Notes: generated by a model not told the origin, from the letters alone. A DNA stretch of 64,000 nt from Blastocatellia bacterium (GCA_035275065.1 DATENM010000023.1:71215-135214), one strand, 5' to 3'. Shown: positions 37,805 through 46,970, numbered from the stretch's first letter. Numbers and translations: made by a program.

Positions 37805-38809
37805 ATGAGTGGTACAACAACGTCGCAGGCCGAAAGGCCGTTGGATGTCGCTGCCGACCCACGGCTTTCGCGGGGCACGAAGGCATTCTTAGAAGTCTTG
37901 AATTCTGCGGGCGGCCCGCCGCTTGAGGCTTTGCCGCCGCTCGTCGCGCGCGAGGTGCTGGTCAATGCACAGGCATCGGTCTCGGTTGACCTGTCAGGCA
38001 TCGAGGAGTCCGAAAAGACGATCAACGCCGATGGCTACACGATCAAGCTCAACATCGTGCGCCCGGCCGGTGTTAAAGGGCAATTGCCGGTCTTTGTCTT
38101 CATACATGGCGGCGGCTGGGTGTTGGGTGATTACCCGACGCACAAGCGCATGGTTCGTGACCTCGTCGTGCTTTCGGGGATGGCCGCTGTTTTCGTCAAC
38201 TATACGCGCACGCCCGACGCGAAGTATCCGCAGGCGATCAACGAAATCTACGCCGCCACCCGCTGGGTGGCCGAGCACGGCGGCGAGATTGATGTCGACG
38301 GCAAGAACCTGGCCGTCGTTGGCAACAGCGTCGGCGGCAATATGACGGCGGCGACCGCGCTGAAGGCGAAAGAGAATGGCGGCCCGCAAATCAAGCTTCA
38401 CATCATGATGTGGCCGGTGACAGACGCGAACTTCGAGAGAGAGTCATTCAAACAGTTCGGCGAGAAGCGTTTCCTCACGACGCCGTTGATGAAGTGGATG
38501 TGGGACCTCTACACGACTGACCCAAACCAGCGAAAGGAAATCTTCGCATCGCCCTTACAGGCCACAGCGGAGCAGTTGCGAGGCTTGCCGCCGGCGTTGA
38601 TTCAGGTCGCCGAAAGCGACATCTTGCGTGACGAGGGCGAAGCCTACGGGCGCAAGCTGGACGAGGCCGGCGTCGAGGTGACGACGGTGCGCTACAACGG
38701 CATGATTCATGACTTCGGGCTGCTGAATGGTTTGGCAGAAGAACCCGCCGTTCGTTCCCTGTTCAAACATGCGGCGGCGGAGTTGAAGAAATACCTGCGA
38801 CCGGAGTGA
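37805..38809 (+). CDS. Alpha/beta hydrolase, fold-3 (carboxylesterase/lipase-type)
   Basis: HGGGW oxyanion motif (FVFIHGGGWVLGD), a GNSVGG nucleophile elbow, and ...MIHDFG at the C-terminus. Confidence 0.8.
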   Translation: MSGTTTSQAERPLDVAADPRLSRGTKAFLEVLNSAGGPPLEALPPLVAREVLVNAQASVSVDLSGIEESEKTINADGYTIKLNIVRPAGVKGQLPVFVFIHGGGWVLGDYPTHKRMVRDLVVLSGMAAVFVNYTRTPDAKYPQAINEIYAATRWVAEHGGEIDVDGKNLAVVGNSVGGNMTAATALKAKENGGPQIKLHIMMWPVTDANFERESFKQFGEKRFLTTPLMKWMWDLYTTDPNQRKEIFASPLQATAEQLRGLPPALIQVAESDILRDEGEAYGRKLDEAGVEVTTVRYNGMIHDFGLLNGLAEEPAVRSLFKHAAAELKKYLRPE

Positions 38810-38873
38810 GGATGGTCGGCTGCCGCGCGCAGGTGAGGGCCGCGTTGCGAATCCCTCGGTCAGGCGCGGCGGC

Positions 38874-40589
38874 TTGCCTTCGGCAAGCGAAGGGGCTACA
38901 CCTAGTCCTATGAGCGACAGACCGCTACTTAATTCATCGGCGCAGGCGTCACGCTTCGACGAGATGGTGCCGAAGCTGACAGAGGCTCAGATGGCGCGCC
39001 TCGCTGCGCACGGCCACGTGCGGCGGGTCGAGCGTGGCGAGGTGCTGGTCGAAGCCGGCGAACGCACGGCGCAATTCTTTGTCGTCGTCGCCGGTCAGAT
39101 CCAAATCGTCAGACCGACGAGCACGAGCGAAGACCTCATCGTCGTCTACGGACCCGGTATGTTCACAGGCGAAGTGAATCTGCTTTCAGGCCGCCGCGGC
39201 TTCGCCCAAATCCGCGTCAGCGAGTCGGGCGAAGTCATCGAAGTGGAGCGTGATCGGTTGCTCGCGCTCGTGCAAACCGACAGCGAGCTGAGCGACATCC
39301 TGCTGCGCGCATTCATCCTCCGCCGCGTCGAGTTGATTGCGCATGGATTCGGCGACGCGGTCCTAATCGGGTCGAACCATTGCGCGGGAACGATTCGCAT
39401 TAAAGAATTCCTGACGCGCAACGGCCATCCCTACGCGTTCATCGACCTTGATCACGACTCAGGCGTGCAGGACTTGCTTGATCATTTCCGGGTCGGCGTC
39501 GAAGACGTGCCCGTGTTGATCTGTCGCGGCGAGATTGTGCTTCGTGATCCGAACAATCAGCAGATCGCCGACTGTCTCGGCTTCAACGAAGCCATAGACC
39601 AGACGCACGTCCGCGACCTGTTGATCGTTGGCGCAGGCCCCGCGGGATTGGCGGCGGCAGTCTACGGTGCGTCGGAAGGACTGAACGTGCTGGTGCTGGA
39701 AGCCAACGCGCCGGGCGGGCAGGCCGGTTCGAGTTCTAAGATCGAAAACTACCTCGGCTTTCCCACAGGCGTTTCAGGACAAGAACTCGCGGCGCGCGCC
39801 TACACGCAAGCGCAGAAGTTCGGCGCCGAGCTGCTGATTGCAAAAGGGGCCAGCCGTATCGCATGCGAGCGCAAGCCTTACGCCGTCGAAATCGTCAGCG
39901 GGCCGCGCGTGCCGGCGCGCACGATCATCATCGCTACGGGCGCAGAGTACCGCCGGCTGCCGCTCGATAATCTCTCGCAGTTTGAGGGTGCGGGGGTCTA
40001 CTACGGCGCGACCTTCGTCGAGTCGCAGTTGTGCCGCGGTGAAGAAATCATTGTCGTGGGCGGCGGCAACTCGGCGGGACAGGCGGCGGTGTTTCTCGCG
40101 CAGTCGGCCAGGCGCGTGCACTTGCTCGTGCGCTCAGACGGGCTGGCGGAGACGATGTCGCGCTACCTGATTCGCCGCATCGAAGAGAACCCGGCCATTG
40201 TCCTTCGACCAAACACCGAAATCGTTGCCCTTGAAGGAAGCGGCCATCTTGAGCGCGTGCGCTGGCGGAACAATCAGACCGGCGAGAGCGAGACTCGCGC
40301 GATCAACCATGTTTTTAGTATGGCCGGCGCAGTTCCAAACACGCACTGGCTCGCGGGCTGCGTCGCGCTTGACCGGAAAGGCTTCATCAAGACGGGGCCG
40401 GATTTAACGCCGGAGGATTTGGCGGCGGCGCATTGGCCGCTCACGCGGGCGCCGCGCCTGCTCGAAACCAGTCTGCCCGGTGTGTTCGCCGTCGGCGATG
40501 TGCGCGGCGGCAGTCTCAAGCGCGTGGCGTCGGCGGTCGGCGAAGGCTCAATTGCCGTCGCCTTCGTACATCAAGCGCTGCATGAATAA
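38874..40589 (+). CDS. Cyclic-nucleotide-binding domain fused to an FAD/NAD(P)-binding thioredoxin-reductase-like oxidoreductase that lacks the CxxC redox pair
   Basis: The N-terminal cNMP-binding-like region is ...GEVLVEAGERTAQFFVVVAGQIQI... The Rossmann motifs are VGAGPAGLAAAVYGA and VVGGGNSAGQAA. There is no CxxC anywhere in the protein. The start could be the internal MSDRPL. Confidence 0.7.
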   Translation: MPSASEGATPSPMSDRPLLNSSAQASRFDEMVPKLTEAQMARLAAHGHVRRVERGEVLVEAGERTAQFFVVVAGQIQIVRPTSTSEDLIVVYGPGMFTGEVNLLSGRRGFAQIRVSESGEVIEVERDRLLALVQTDSELSDILLRAFILRRVELIAHGFGDAVLIGSNHCAGTIRIKEFLTRNGHPYAFIDLDHDSGVQDLLDHFRVGVEDVPVLICRGEIVLRDPNNQQIADCLGFNEAIDQTHVRDLLIVGAGPAGLAAAVYGASEGLNVLVLEANAPGGQAGSSSKIENYLGFPTGVSGQELAARAYTQAQKFGAELLIAKGASRIACERKPYAVEIVSGPRVPARTIIIATGAEYRRLPLDNLSQFEGAGVYYGATFVESQLCRGEEIIVVGGGNSAGQAAVFLAQSARRVHLLVRSDGLAETMSRYLIRRIEENPAIVLRPNTEIVALEGSGHLERVRWRNNQTGESETRAINHVFSMAGAVPNTHWLAGCVALDRKGFIKTGPDLTPEDLAAAHWPLTRAPRLLETSLPGVFAVGDVRGGSLKRVASAVGEGSIAVAFVHQALHE

Positions 40590-40602
40590 CAAGGAGACGA
40601 GC

Positions 40603-40872
40603 ATGGCTGATGTTACTTGTCCTCATCTCGACGAGATCACGACAGTCAAACACGCGAAGCGCCGCGAGTGCGAAGAGTGCGTGAAGATCGGCGCGCGCTG
40701 GGTTCATCTACGCACCTGCCAGGAGTGCGGCACGACGCTATGCTGCGACAACTCGCCGAACCGCCACGCCACCAAACATGCGCAAGCAAGCGGGCATCCG
40801 GTGATCGCCTCGGCAGAGCCCGGCGAGCGATGGCTGTACTGCTATCCGCATGACGCCTTCGCGGAATACTGA
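40603..40872 (+). CDS. Standalone UBP-type zinc-finger (zf-UBP) domain protein
   Basis: 89 aa with a zf-UBP-like Cys/His pattern: CPHL...C..C......W.HLRTCQECG...CC.....HA..H...SGHP.......WLYCY. Preceded by an AAGGAG RBS. Confidence 0.6.
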   Translation: MADVTCPHLDEITTVKHAKRRECEECVKIGARWVHLRTCQECGTTLCCDNSPNRHATKHAQASGHPVIASAEPGERWLYCYPHDAFAEY

Positions 40873-41029
40873 GCCGACTAATCCCGACGCCACCGACCAT
40901 TTCAGGCGCAGGCGGATTGACTCACTCAGCGTTGCCCTCTTGGCTCTAGCTTCTGTCTGGTGCGGTTCGGCGACGCTTTTCTGCAACACGACCCGACCAT
41001 CTTCGGGCCGAACTCCATCCCGATCCCAT

Positions 41030-41145
41030 CTACCACAATCAAGGTATCTCGGTTGCCGCCAATAGTGGTAGCAAAAAACTATTCCTTCTCGTGATGTGTT
41101 CTCGCTCCAGATTGCTTATGGTGTTGATCAGCGCGACGGACGATT
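41030..41145 (+). repeat. Intergenic element copy C, subtype B/C, upstream of the second cytochrome P460 gene
   Basis: CTACCACAATCAAGGTATCTCGGTTGCCGCCAATAGTGGTAGCAAAAAACTATTCCTTCTCGTGATGTGTTCTCGCTCCAGAT. Aligned directly to copy B. Confidence 0.75.
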
Positions 41146-41171
41146 GGTTCGTCTTGGCAGGAGGAACGTTT

Positions 41172-41738
41172 ATGAGACAGAAGATTTTCTTGCTGGTTGC
41201 AGTTGCAGCCCTGACCGCTGTGATCGCCTATATGGCACCCGCATCTGGACAAGCCGATGGAGAGGCCGCACCAATCTACGGGATTAAGCTCCCTGCGGGA
41301 TATCGCGATTGGCGCATGATCTCCGTCGCCCACGTTGGGGAACCTCTGAACGATCTACGCGTCAAACTGGGCAACGATATAGCGATCAAGGCTTATCAAG
41401 AGGGAAAGCCATTTCCTGACGGCGCGATTATTGCCCGGCTCGCCTATCGAGCGGTCACGTCGGAGGAAAACAACCTAGTCTTTCGCGCGGCTGCCGAGCG
41501 ACAAGGTCTCCCGCCTGAACAGGTGACGAAGCTCTTAGCCGGGTCGTTGGTGGCCGGCCCCGCGACCAACGTTCAGTTCATGGTCAAGGACTCAAAAAAA
41601 TATGCCGCGACCGGCGGCTGGGGCTTCGCTCAATTCACCAATGATAAACCTGACGGCGCGGCGCTGCACAAGACCTGCTATGCCTGCCACGCGCCCGCCA
41701 AAGATCACGACTTTGTCTTCACTCGTTACGCGCCTTAA
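41172..41738 (+). CDS. Cytochrome P460-family haem protein with a signal peptide (paralog 2)
   Basis: MRQKIFLLVAVAALTAV is a signal peptide. It has CYACH (CXXCH) followed by ...DFVFTRYAP at the C-terminus. About 55% identical to 29850-30374. Confidence 0.7.
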   Translation: MRQKIFLLVAVAALTAVIAYMAPASGQADGEAAPIYGIKLPAGYRDWRMISVAHVGEPLNDLRVKLGNDIAIKAYQEGKPFPDGAIIARLAYRAVTSEENNLVFRAAAERQGLPPEQVTKLLAGSLVAGPATNVQFMVKDSKKYAATGGWGFAQFTNDKPDGAALHKTCYACHAPAKDHDFVFTRYAP

Positions 41739-41800
41739 TGAATCAGCTTGCACCTGATCGTTGAAGGGGCGTAGATCGACGACAAACCATAGGAGATACC

Positions 41801-42490
41801 ATGAAACAAATCACTAACGGCGACTTGAAGCTAGAGGCGGTCGTCATCCCTGTTTCGGACGTTGACCGCGCAAAGGAGTTCTACGGAAACCTTGGTTGGC
41901 GACTCGACGCCGACTTCGCCTTCGATAACGGCCTCCGTGTCTTGCAGTTCACGCCGCCCAACTCGGCTTGCTCGATCCAATTCGGCAGCAACGTCACCTC
42001 GGCTGCGCCCGGCTCGGCCCAGGGCTTCTATCTGATCGTTTCTGACATCGAGTCTGCACGCAACGAACTCGCGAGCCACGGGGTCGATGTTAGCGAAGTA
42101 TTTCACGCCGGGACGCCCGGCGCGCAGTTCCAGTCCGGCAGCAGCGGGCGCATCAGCGGGCCTGCGCCCGATCATGAGAGCTACCGCTCGTTCGCCACAT
42201 TCAGTGACCCGGATGGAAATGGCTGGCTGCTCCAGGAGGTCACGACGCGGCTTCCGGGCCGCGAGTGGGAGGAGACGCGAGCCGAAGCTACGGATGTCGC
42301 AACCCTTGCAGAGCTTCTTCACGAGACAGAGGAGCACCACGGCCAATTCGAGAAGACGCATGCCGAGCACCGTTGGTCGGACTGGTACGCGCCCTACCTG
42401 AGCGCGCGCCAGCAGGGGAGCAGTCCGGAGCAGGCCGCCGCCGCAGCCGACCGCTACGCGGAGGAGGTCCTTCACATTCTTCCCCGATGA
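41801..42490 (+). CDS. VOC (glyoxalase / bleomycin-resistance) family protein
   Basis: 229 aa with the VOC-type pattern ...LEAVVIPVSDVDRAKEFYGNLGW....FYLIVSDIESAR.EL...G.. Confidence 0.65.
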   Translation: MKQITNGDLKLEAVVIPVSDVDRAKEFYGNLGWRLDADFAFDNGLRVLQFTPPNSACSIQFGSNVTSAAPGSAQGFYLIVSDIESARNELASHGVDVSEVFHAGTPGAQFQSGSSGRISGPAPDHESYRSFATFSDPDGNGWLLQEVTTRLPGREWEETRAEATDVATLAELLHETEEHHGQFEKTHAEHRWSDWYAPYLSARQQGSSPEQAAAAADRYAEEVLHILPR

Positions 42491-42588
42491 AGCCCTACGA
42501 GCGAAGGCATTCTCCAAGTCAGCCGACCGCTGGGGTAGTGACTGTCTTCTACAGTGACTGCCTGAGGAAACCATGACCACCACAAACA

Positions 42589-42798
42589 CAATCTCTCCGC
42601 CCCTGCGCGAACCCTAACTTCAGGGGCAGATCGTCGTCGTGATCGGCGGCAGCTCCGGAATCGGACTTGAGACAGCCAGACGAGCACGCGCCGAGGGAGC
42701 CGACGTTGTCATCACCGGACGCAACCCGGAGCGCCTCCAGCAGGCGGCGCGAGAACTCGATGCGCGGAGCAGCGCCGCCTTTGACGCGGTTGAAGCCT
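42589..42798 (+). pseudogene. Short-chain dehydrogenase (SDR) N-terminal remnant, interrupted by an in-frame TAA and truncated after about 60 codons
   Basis: MTTTNTISPPLREP then a stop, then LQGQIVVVIGGSSGIGLETARRARAEGADVVITGRNPERLQQAARELDARSSAAFDAVEA and another stop. The SDR cofactor-binding motif GGSSGIG is present, but the catalytic part is absent. Confidence 0.5.
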
Positions 42799-42900
42799 GA
42801 CGCTTCAAGGAGACAAAGCCCTTGCTGTTTAGTGTACGAGGTCGCAAGCTTTCCACTCGGGTTCCCGTTAAGATTGAAGTGGTCTTAGAGGTGTCCGACT

Positions 42901-43197
42901 ATGAATGCCTGGAATCAAAATCGCCTGACCGCGAGACTCGGGATTGACTATCCCATCATTAGGAGTGATGGCAAAGACACAAATCGCAACAGCAACAACG
43001 AAGGGAGAAGGAACTGCCGCGTACCTTTATGTACGGCGGTATGGGAGACCAGATTTTGGCTTAGTAGCCCGGGCCAGGATGGTCCTCGCTTAGCTGCTGA
43101 TCAAAGACCGGCACTGCATAAGCGAACCGTAGTACCACGAAATAGGGATGCCTCGCTACCCTTGAAAGTGGTAGTGAAAAACTATTCGATTTCGTGA
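42901..43197 (+). pseudogene. Possible nitronate-monooxygenase N-terminal remnant within non-coding-like sequence
   Basis: Only the first ~20 aa (LTARLGIDYPIIR) resemble the NMO N-terminus. The rest of the ORF has a low-complexity, non-coding-like composition. Confidence 0.25.
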
Positions 43198-43205
43198 TGT
43201 ATAAC
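43132..43205 (+). repeat. Intergenic element copy D, subtype A/D, upstream of the Zn-dependent alcohol dehydrogenase
   Basis: TACCACGAAATAGGGATGCCTCGCTACCCTTGAAAGTGGTAGTGAAAAACTATTCGATTTCGTGATGTATAACC. Aligned to copy A. Confidence 0.7.
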
Positions 43206-43328
43206 CTACTCCGAAGGTTCATAGTCTGTAGTCGCAAGAGCGATGAACCAGGCGATGGTTAGTAGGCAAAGGGCACGAAGGCGGCAGCGAGTGCCTTTCA
43301 ACAATGGCTTCAAATTCATGGAGGACTT

Positions 43329-44363
43329 ATGGCAACGACAAAAGCCGCAACAGCGCCAATGAAGGTGGCGCAGGTTCCTACGCCGGGAGCCGATTTCCAG
43401 ATCGTCGAACGCGAGATTCCCACCCCCGACGCGGGACAGGTGCGCATCAAGGTGCAGGCATGCGGCGTCTGCCACAGCGATGTGCTCACGAAGGACGGCG
43501 GGTTGCCTGGCATTCAGTATCCCCGCGTGCCGGGACACGAAGTCGTGGGCATCATTGATGAAGTAGGTGCCGGCGTTTCCGAGTGGACAGTGGGACAGCG
43601 CGTCGGCGTCGGCTGGCATGGCGGCTACGACGGCACGTGCAGCGCGTGTCGGCGCGGAGATTTTATCAATTGCCGGAATATGAAAATTGCGGGCATCAGC
43701 TATGACGGCGGCTATCAGGAGTACATGATCGCTCCCGCTGAAGCTCTGGCGGCGATACCGGAAAGTCTGAGCGACACAGAAGCCGCGCCGCTGCTCTGCG
43801 CAGGGGTCACCACCTTCAACGCGCTGCGACACAGCGGCGCGTCGCCGGGCGATTTGGTGGCGGTACAGGGCATCGGTGGCTTGGGCCATCTCGGCATTCA
43901 ATTCGCCAACAAATTCGGCTACAGGGTCGCGGCCATCGGGCGTGGGCCGGAAAACGCCGCGCTCGCAAAGCAACTCGGAGCGGCTGTGTATATAGACAGC
44001 CGGGCGGCGAACGCGGCAGAGGAGCTGCAAAAGCTGGGCGGCGCAAAGGTAATTCTGGCGACGGCGCCAAGCTCGAAAGCAATGTCTGAGGTGATTGACG
44101 GTCTTGGGCCGAACGGCAAGCTAATGGTCGTGGGCGCGGACTTCACACCGATTGAAGTCACGCCGCCACAGCTCATTTTTGGAAGTCGAACGATTCAGGG
44201 CTGGGCCTCGGGGACACCGATGGATTCTGAGGATACCCTCCGCTTCGCCGAACTGACCGGCGTTCGCCCGATGATTGAAACCTATCCGCTGGAAAGGGCG
44301 GCGGAGGCTTACGCGCGGATGCTGAGCGGTGACGCGCAGTTCCGCGTCGTGCTAACGATGTGA
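43329..44363 (+). CDS. Zinc-dependent alcohol dehydrogenase (MDR family)
   Basis: GVCHSDV catalytic-zinc motif, a structural-zinc Cys cluster (CSACRRGDFINC) and the GIGGLGH cofactor motif. 344 aa. Confidence 0.85.
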   Translation: MATTKAATAPMKVAQVPTPGADFQIVEREIPTPDAGQVRIKVQACGVCHSDVLTKDGGLPGIQYPRVPGHEVVGIIDEVGAGVSEWTVGQRVGVGWHGGYDGTCSACRRGDFINCRNMKIAGISYDGGYQEYMIAPAEALAAIPESLSDTEAAPLLCAGVTTFNALRHSGASPGDLVAVQGIGGLGHLGIQFANKFGYRVAAIGRGPENAALAKQLGAAVYIDSRAANAAEELQKLGGAKVILATAPSSKAMSEVIDGLGPNGKLMVVGADFTPIEVTPPQLIFGSRTIQGWASGTPMDSEDTLRFAELTGVRPMIETYPLERAAEAYARMLSGDAQFRVVLTM

Positions 44364-44971
44364 AGAAGGCGGTTTTTCATATGCGATCTGACATAGTTCC
44401 AGGGGCCGTCTTTCCTGACTACGAGCTTCCCGATCACACCACGAAACGCCGGAAGCTCTCCGAACTCCAAGGTCAAGAGCCAATGGTGCTCGTCCTCAGC
44501 CGCGGCGGCTTCTGCCCCAAAGACCGCCGCCAGCATGAAGGATTGGTTCAACTCCATCGTGAGATCGAGGTCGGCTATTGCCGGCTAGTCACGATCAGCA
44601 CCGACAACATCACCGAGACGAATGAATATCGCAGCGGCGTCGGCGCCCACTGGCCTTTCCTCTCTGATGCAGGGCGCACCATCCAAAAAGACCTCGACAT
44701 CGCCGAATACACAGACCCGCTGCACAATCCAATGATCCCGCACACGATTGTCCTCGAACCGGGTCTGGTCATTTACAAAATCTACATGGGCTATTGGTTC
44801 TTCGGGCGGCCCACGGTGGAAGAACTGCGCCAGGACCTGCGCGCCGTGCTCAAGAAATGCCGACCCGATTGGGACATCACAACGCCCGAGCTGAAAGCGG
44901 CGTGGCAGGAAGGTCACAAGGAACTCTTCTACCCGTATGGCAAAAGCTATGTCCAAACTCTCAATGAATAG
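44360..44971 (+). CDS. Thioredoxin-fold peroxiredoxin-like protein (AhpC/TSA/Bcp-like)
   Basis: ...VLVLSRGGFCPKDRRQHEGL... resembles the Bcp/Prx F-C-P motif. The start overlaps the alcohol dehydrogenase stop (ATGtga). An alternative start is MRSDIV at 44381. Confidence 0.5.
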   Translation: MKKAVFHMRSDIVPGAVFPDYELPDHTTKRRKLSELQGQEPMVLVLSRGGFCPKDRRQHEGLVQLHREIEVGYCRLVTISTDNITETNEYRSGVGAHWPFLSDAGRTIQKDLDIAEYTDPLHNPMIPHTIVLEPGLVIYKIYMGYWFFGRPTVEELRQDLRAVLKKCRPDWDITTPELKAAWQEGHKELFYPYGKSYVQTLNE

Positions 44972-45264
44972 CCTATAGCGGTTTAGCAAATCAAATCTTT
45001 GTTACCCGTTCTTTTTCTCTCAATCGTCTATGCCCGCTTTGCTCCGCCTTCTTAGTCACTGTTCGGCCCATTCTGTGCTACAGCTGTGGTACGAGATCGC
45101 CGACAAGGCCGAACTCGCGAAATCGAGAGGAGTTCTACCACAATGATCTTTAGGGGTTGCCACACATGAAAGTGGGCCCCTGCCGGAGGGGTTGCCGAGC
45201 AGTGGAGCAGTCGGGTTGGGATCAGCGGGTTCTATAAAACCACGCGGGTAAGTCATGAATGTCT

Positions 45265-46755
45265 TCAATGGCCTGGCGATGGCGGGATGATGCGAAAGGT
45301 CTCATAGCGAAAGCTAAGGAGGATGCTGTCATCGGTCTCGGCTCTGACCACAACCTGATAGGCCGGCGGGAACGTATCGTGTCCGGCTTTTTTCAATTCG
45401 TTCTTCAATTCGAGCAGGTGTTCGGGCGAACTGAAAAACTCAGCCGCTGCTTGCGCGCCGGCTGAATTCACTCCCGAAAAGATCAGGATGCGGTCTTGGT
45501 GATCGCCGGCGCTTTCGCCCGGCAGCACGGTAATTAAGCCGAAAACTACCGCCAGATGCTGCTGTTGGTCCCGTTCGAGCGCATAACGCGCTGCTACCGA
45601 TTGCTCGGTAGCCGTGCCGACGATGGCATCCAGGTACTTCACATGTAGCGGGCATTTTTCCAGCAAGCGGGTCACAGCCGGGCTGTATGCCGGCGCGCCA
45701 AATAAGATGACGTTGCGTCGCCGCAGAGTCGGCATCGTCGTGACCATTTCGGGAAACATCTGCGGCGCAACGCCGGCTGCGTTCAGGGTCTTGAACGCCG
45801 TCAGCGCGCCTAATACGTCTCCCCAATACGTGGCGTTGGTGGTGATCGCCAAGTTCAGGTTAGTGGTCGCCGCATAACGCCTGGCGTATAGCTCATAAAG
45901 CGGCGGCGGCATAGGCCGCTCGTCAGGGTCGGTAAGCGGGGTCGGGGAGGTCGCGGCGAAAGAAGAAGCTCGACGCACCGAGAAACTAGGAGGATTAGCG
46001 ACACAGAGCACCACGTCGGCATTGGGCTGAAGCAGCGGCCCCCACGCTTCAGCCAGGATCGGCGCGGGGCTGTGTGAAACCGCGCTGGCGACCGGCCTGA
46101 CTCTCATACTCCAGTAGAGGACGCAGACAACGAGCGCCGTCACCACGACGCCTGCGCCAAAGGCAAGCAGCCGGCTTCTTTTCCAGTCACGCCGACTTGT
46201 CGTTTCGGCTGGGAGCGATTCATCGTGCGCCGTGGCGGATTGGAATAGCGGTGACGCGAGCGGCTCGACCGTGGTGTCGGCGCCATTGGCTTTTTGCGGC
46301 GGCTGGCTCTCAACAAAGTGCGGGCAGTAGGAGCCCTTCAGCAACTCGATGCGCAGCGCGGCGTCGGGCTGTTCGTGCTCGTAAAACTCTTGCAGCTTTT
46401 TCCTGAGCGCAAAGGCGCGGGTGCGCACCGCCGAATCATCGCCCGGCGAATAACTGGCCGGCCGCCCCAGCGCTTCGATGCCGATTAGATACTCGGTCAA
46501 TTCGTGGCCGCGACCGGCCATCTCCATTTCACAAACGTATCTCAGGAAGCATTTCAACTGGTCGGTGCGGGCAAAGGTCTGGCTGTGGAGAACGGCTTCG
46601 AGCGCCGCGCGCTTCTGCTCGCTCGTCAGAGACTGGTCAGTTCCGAGTGCCGTTCCGCTCATAAGAGTTTTTACTCCTGCGATTATGCCCGTGGTGGAAA
46701 CAGTGCGGGGGGATGTTACCAAACGTTTATTAACGTTACAAGACTTGCCGGCCAA
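45265..46755 (-). CDS. Hypothetical single-pass membrane protein with a cytoplasmic N-terminal domain and a large extracytoplasmic C-terminal domain (possible ToxR/CadC-like topology)
   Basis: 496-aa ORF with one TM segment (LLAFGAGVVVTALVVCVLYW). The N-terminal region, ...LKCFLRYVCE..., could be wHTH-like. The call is weak. Confidence 0.35.
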   Translation of the reverse strand: MAGKSCNVNKRLVTSPRTVSTTGIIAGVKTLMSGTALGTDQSLTSEQKRAALEAVLHSQTFARTDQLKCFLRYVCEMEMAGRGHELTEYLIGIEALGRPASYSPGDDSAVRTRAFALRKKLQEFYEHEQPDAALRIELLKGSYCPHFVESQPPQKANGADTTVEPLASPLFQSATAHDESLPAETTSRRDWKRSRLLAFGAGVVVTALVVCVLYWSMRVRPVASAVSHSPAPILAEAWGPLLQPNADVVLCVANPPSFSVRRASSFAATSPTPLTDPDERPMPPPLYELYARRYAATTNLNLAITTNATYWGDVLGALTAFKTLNAAGVAPQMFPEMVTTMPTLRRRNVILFGAPAYSPAVTRLLEKCPLHVKYLDAIVGTATEQSVAARYALERDQQQHLAVVFGLITVLPGESAGDHQDRILIFSGVNSAGAQAAAEFFSSPEHLLELKNELKKAGHDTFPPAYQVVVRAETDDSILLSFRYETFRIIPPSPGH

Positions 46756-46970
46756 TTATAGCCCAAGTAGAGTAGGCCCGGTCATCCTACGATTTTACCA
46801 ATAAATAGACAGACCGATTGGCTTTGCGGTTAGAGATTTTGTCCATTGATGTTGCCGAGATTCGCTCAGTTGATGGAATGAAGGTTTCGCCGGCCTTGTA
46901 TGAGTAAGGCCACATCCGTCCTAAGTTCCCGCGGCATGACCAGCCGCGGCGCATCTTCACAGGAGGAAAG

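Noticed and set aside
44972-45264. A 290-nt intergenic region containing a duplicated GGGGTTGCC motif and a GGGCCCC palindrome. I considered a tRNA, an sRNA, or a sigma-54 (TGGCAC-N5-TTGC) promoter.
   Set aside because: It has no tRNA-like T-arm or anticodon structure, and the sigma-54 spacing does not fit. It lies between convergent genes, so it most likely carries transcription terminators. I cannot verify this without folding.
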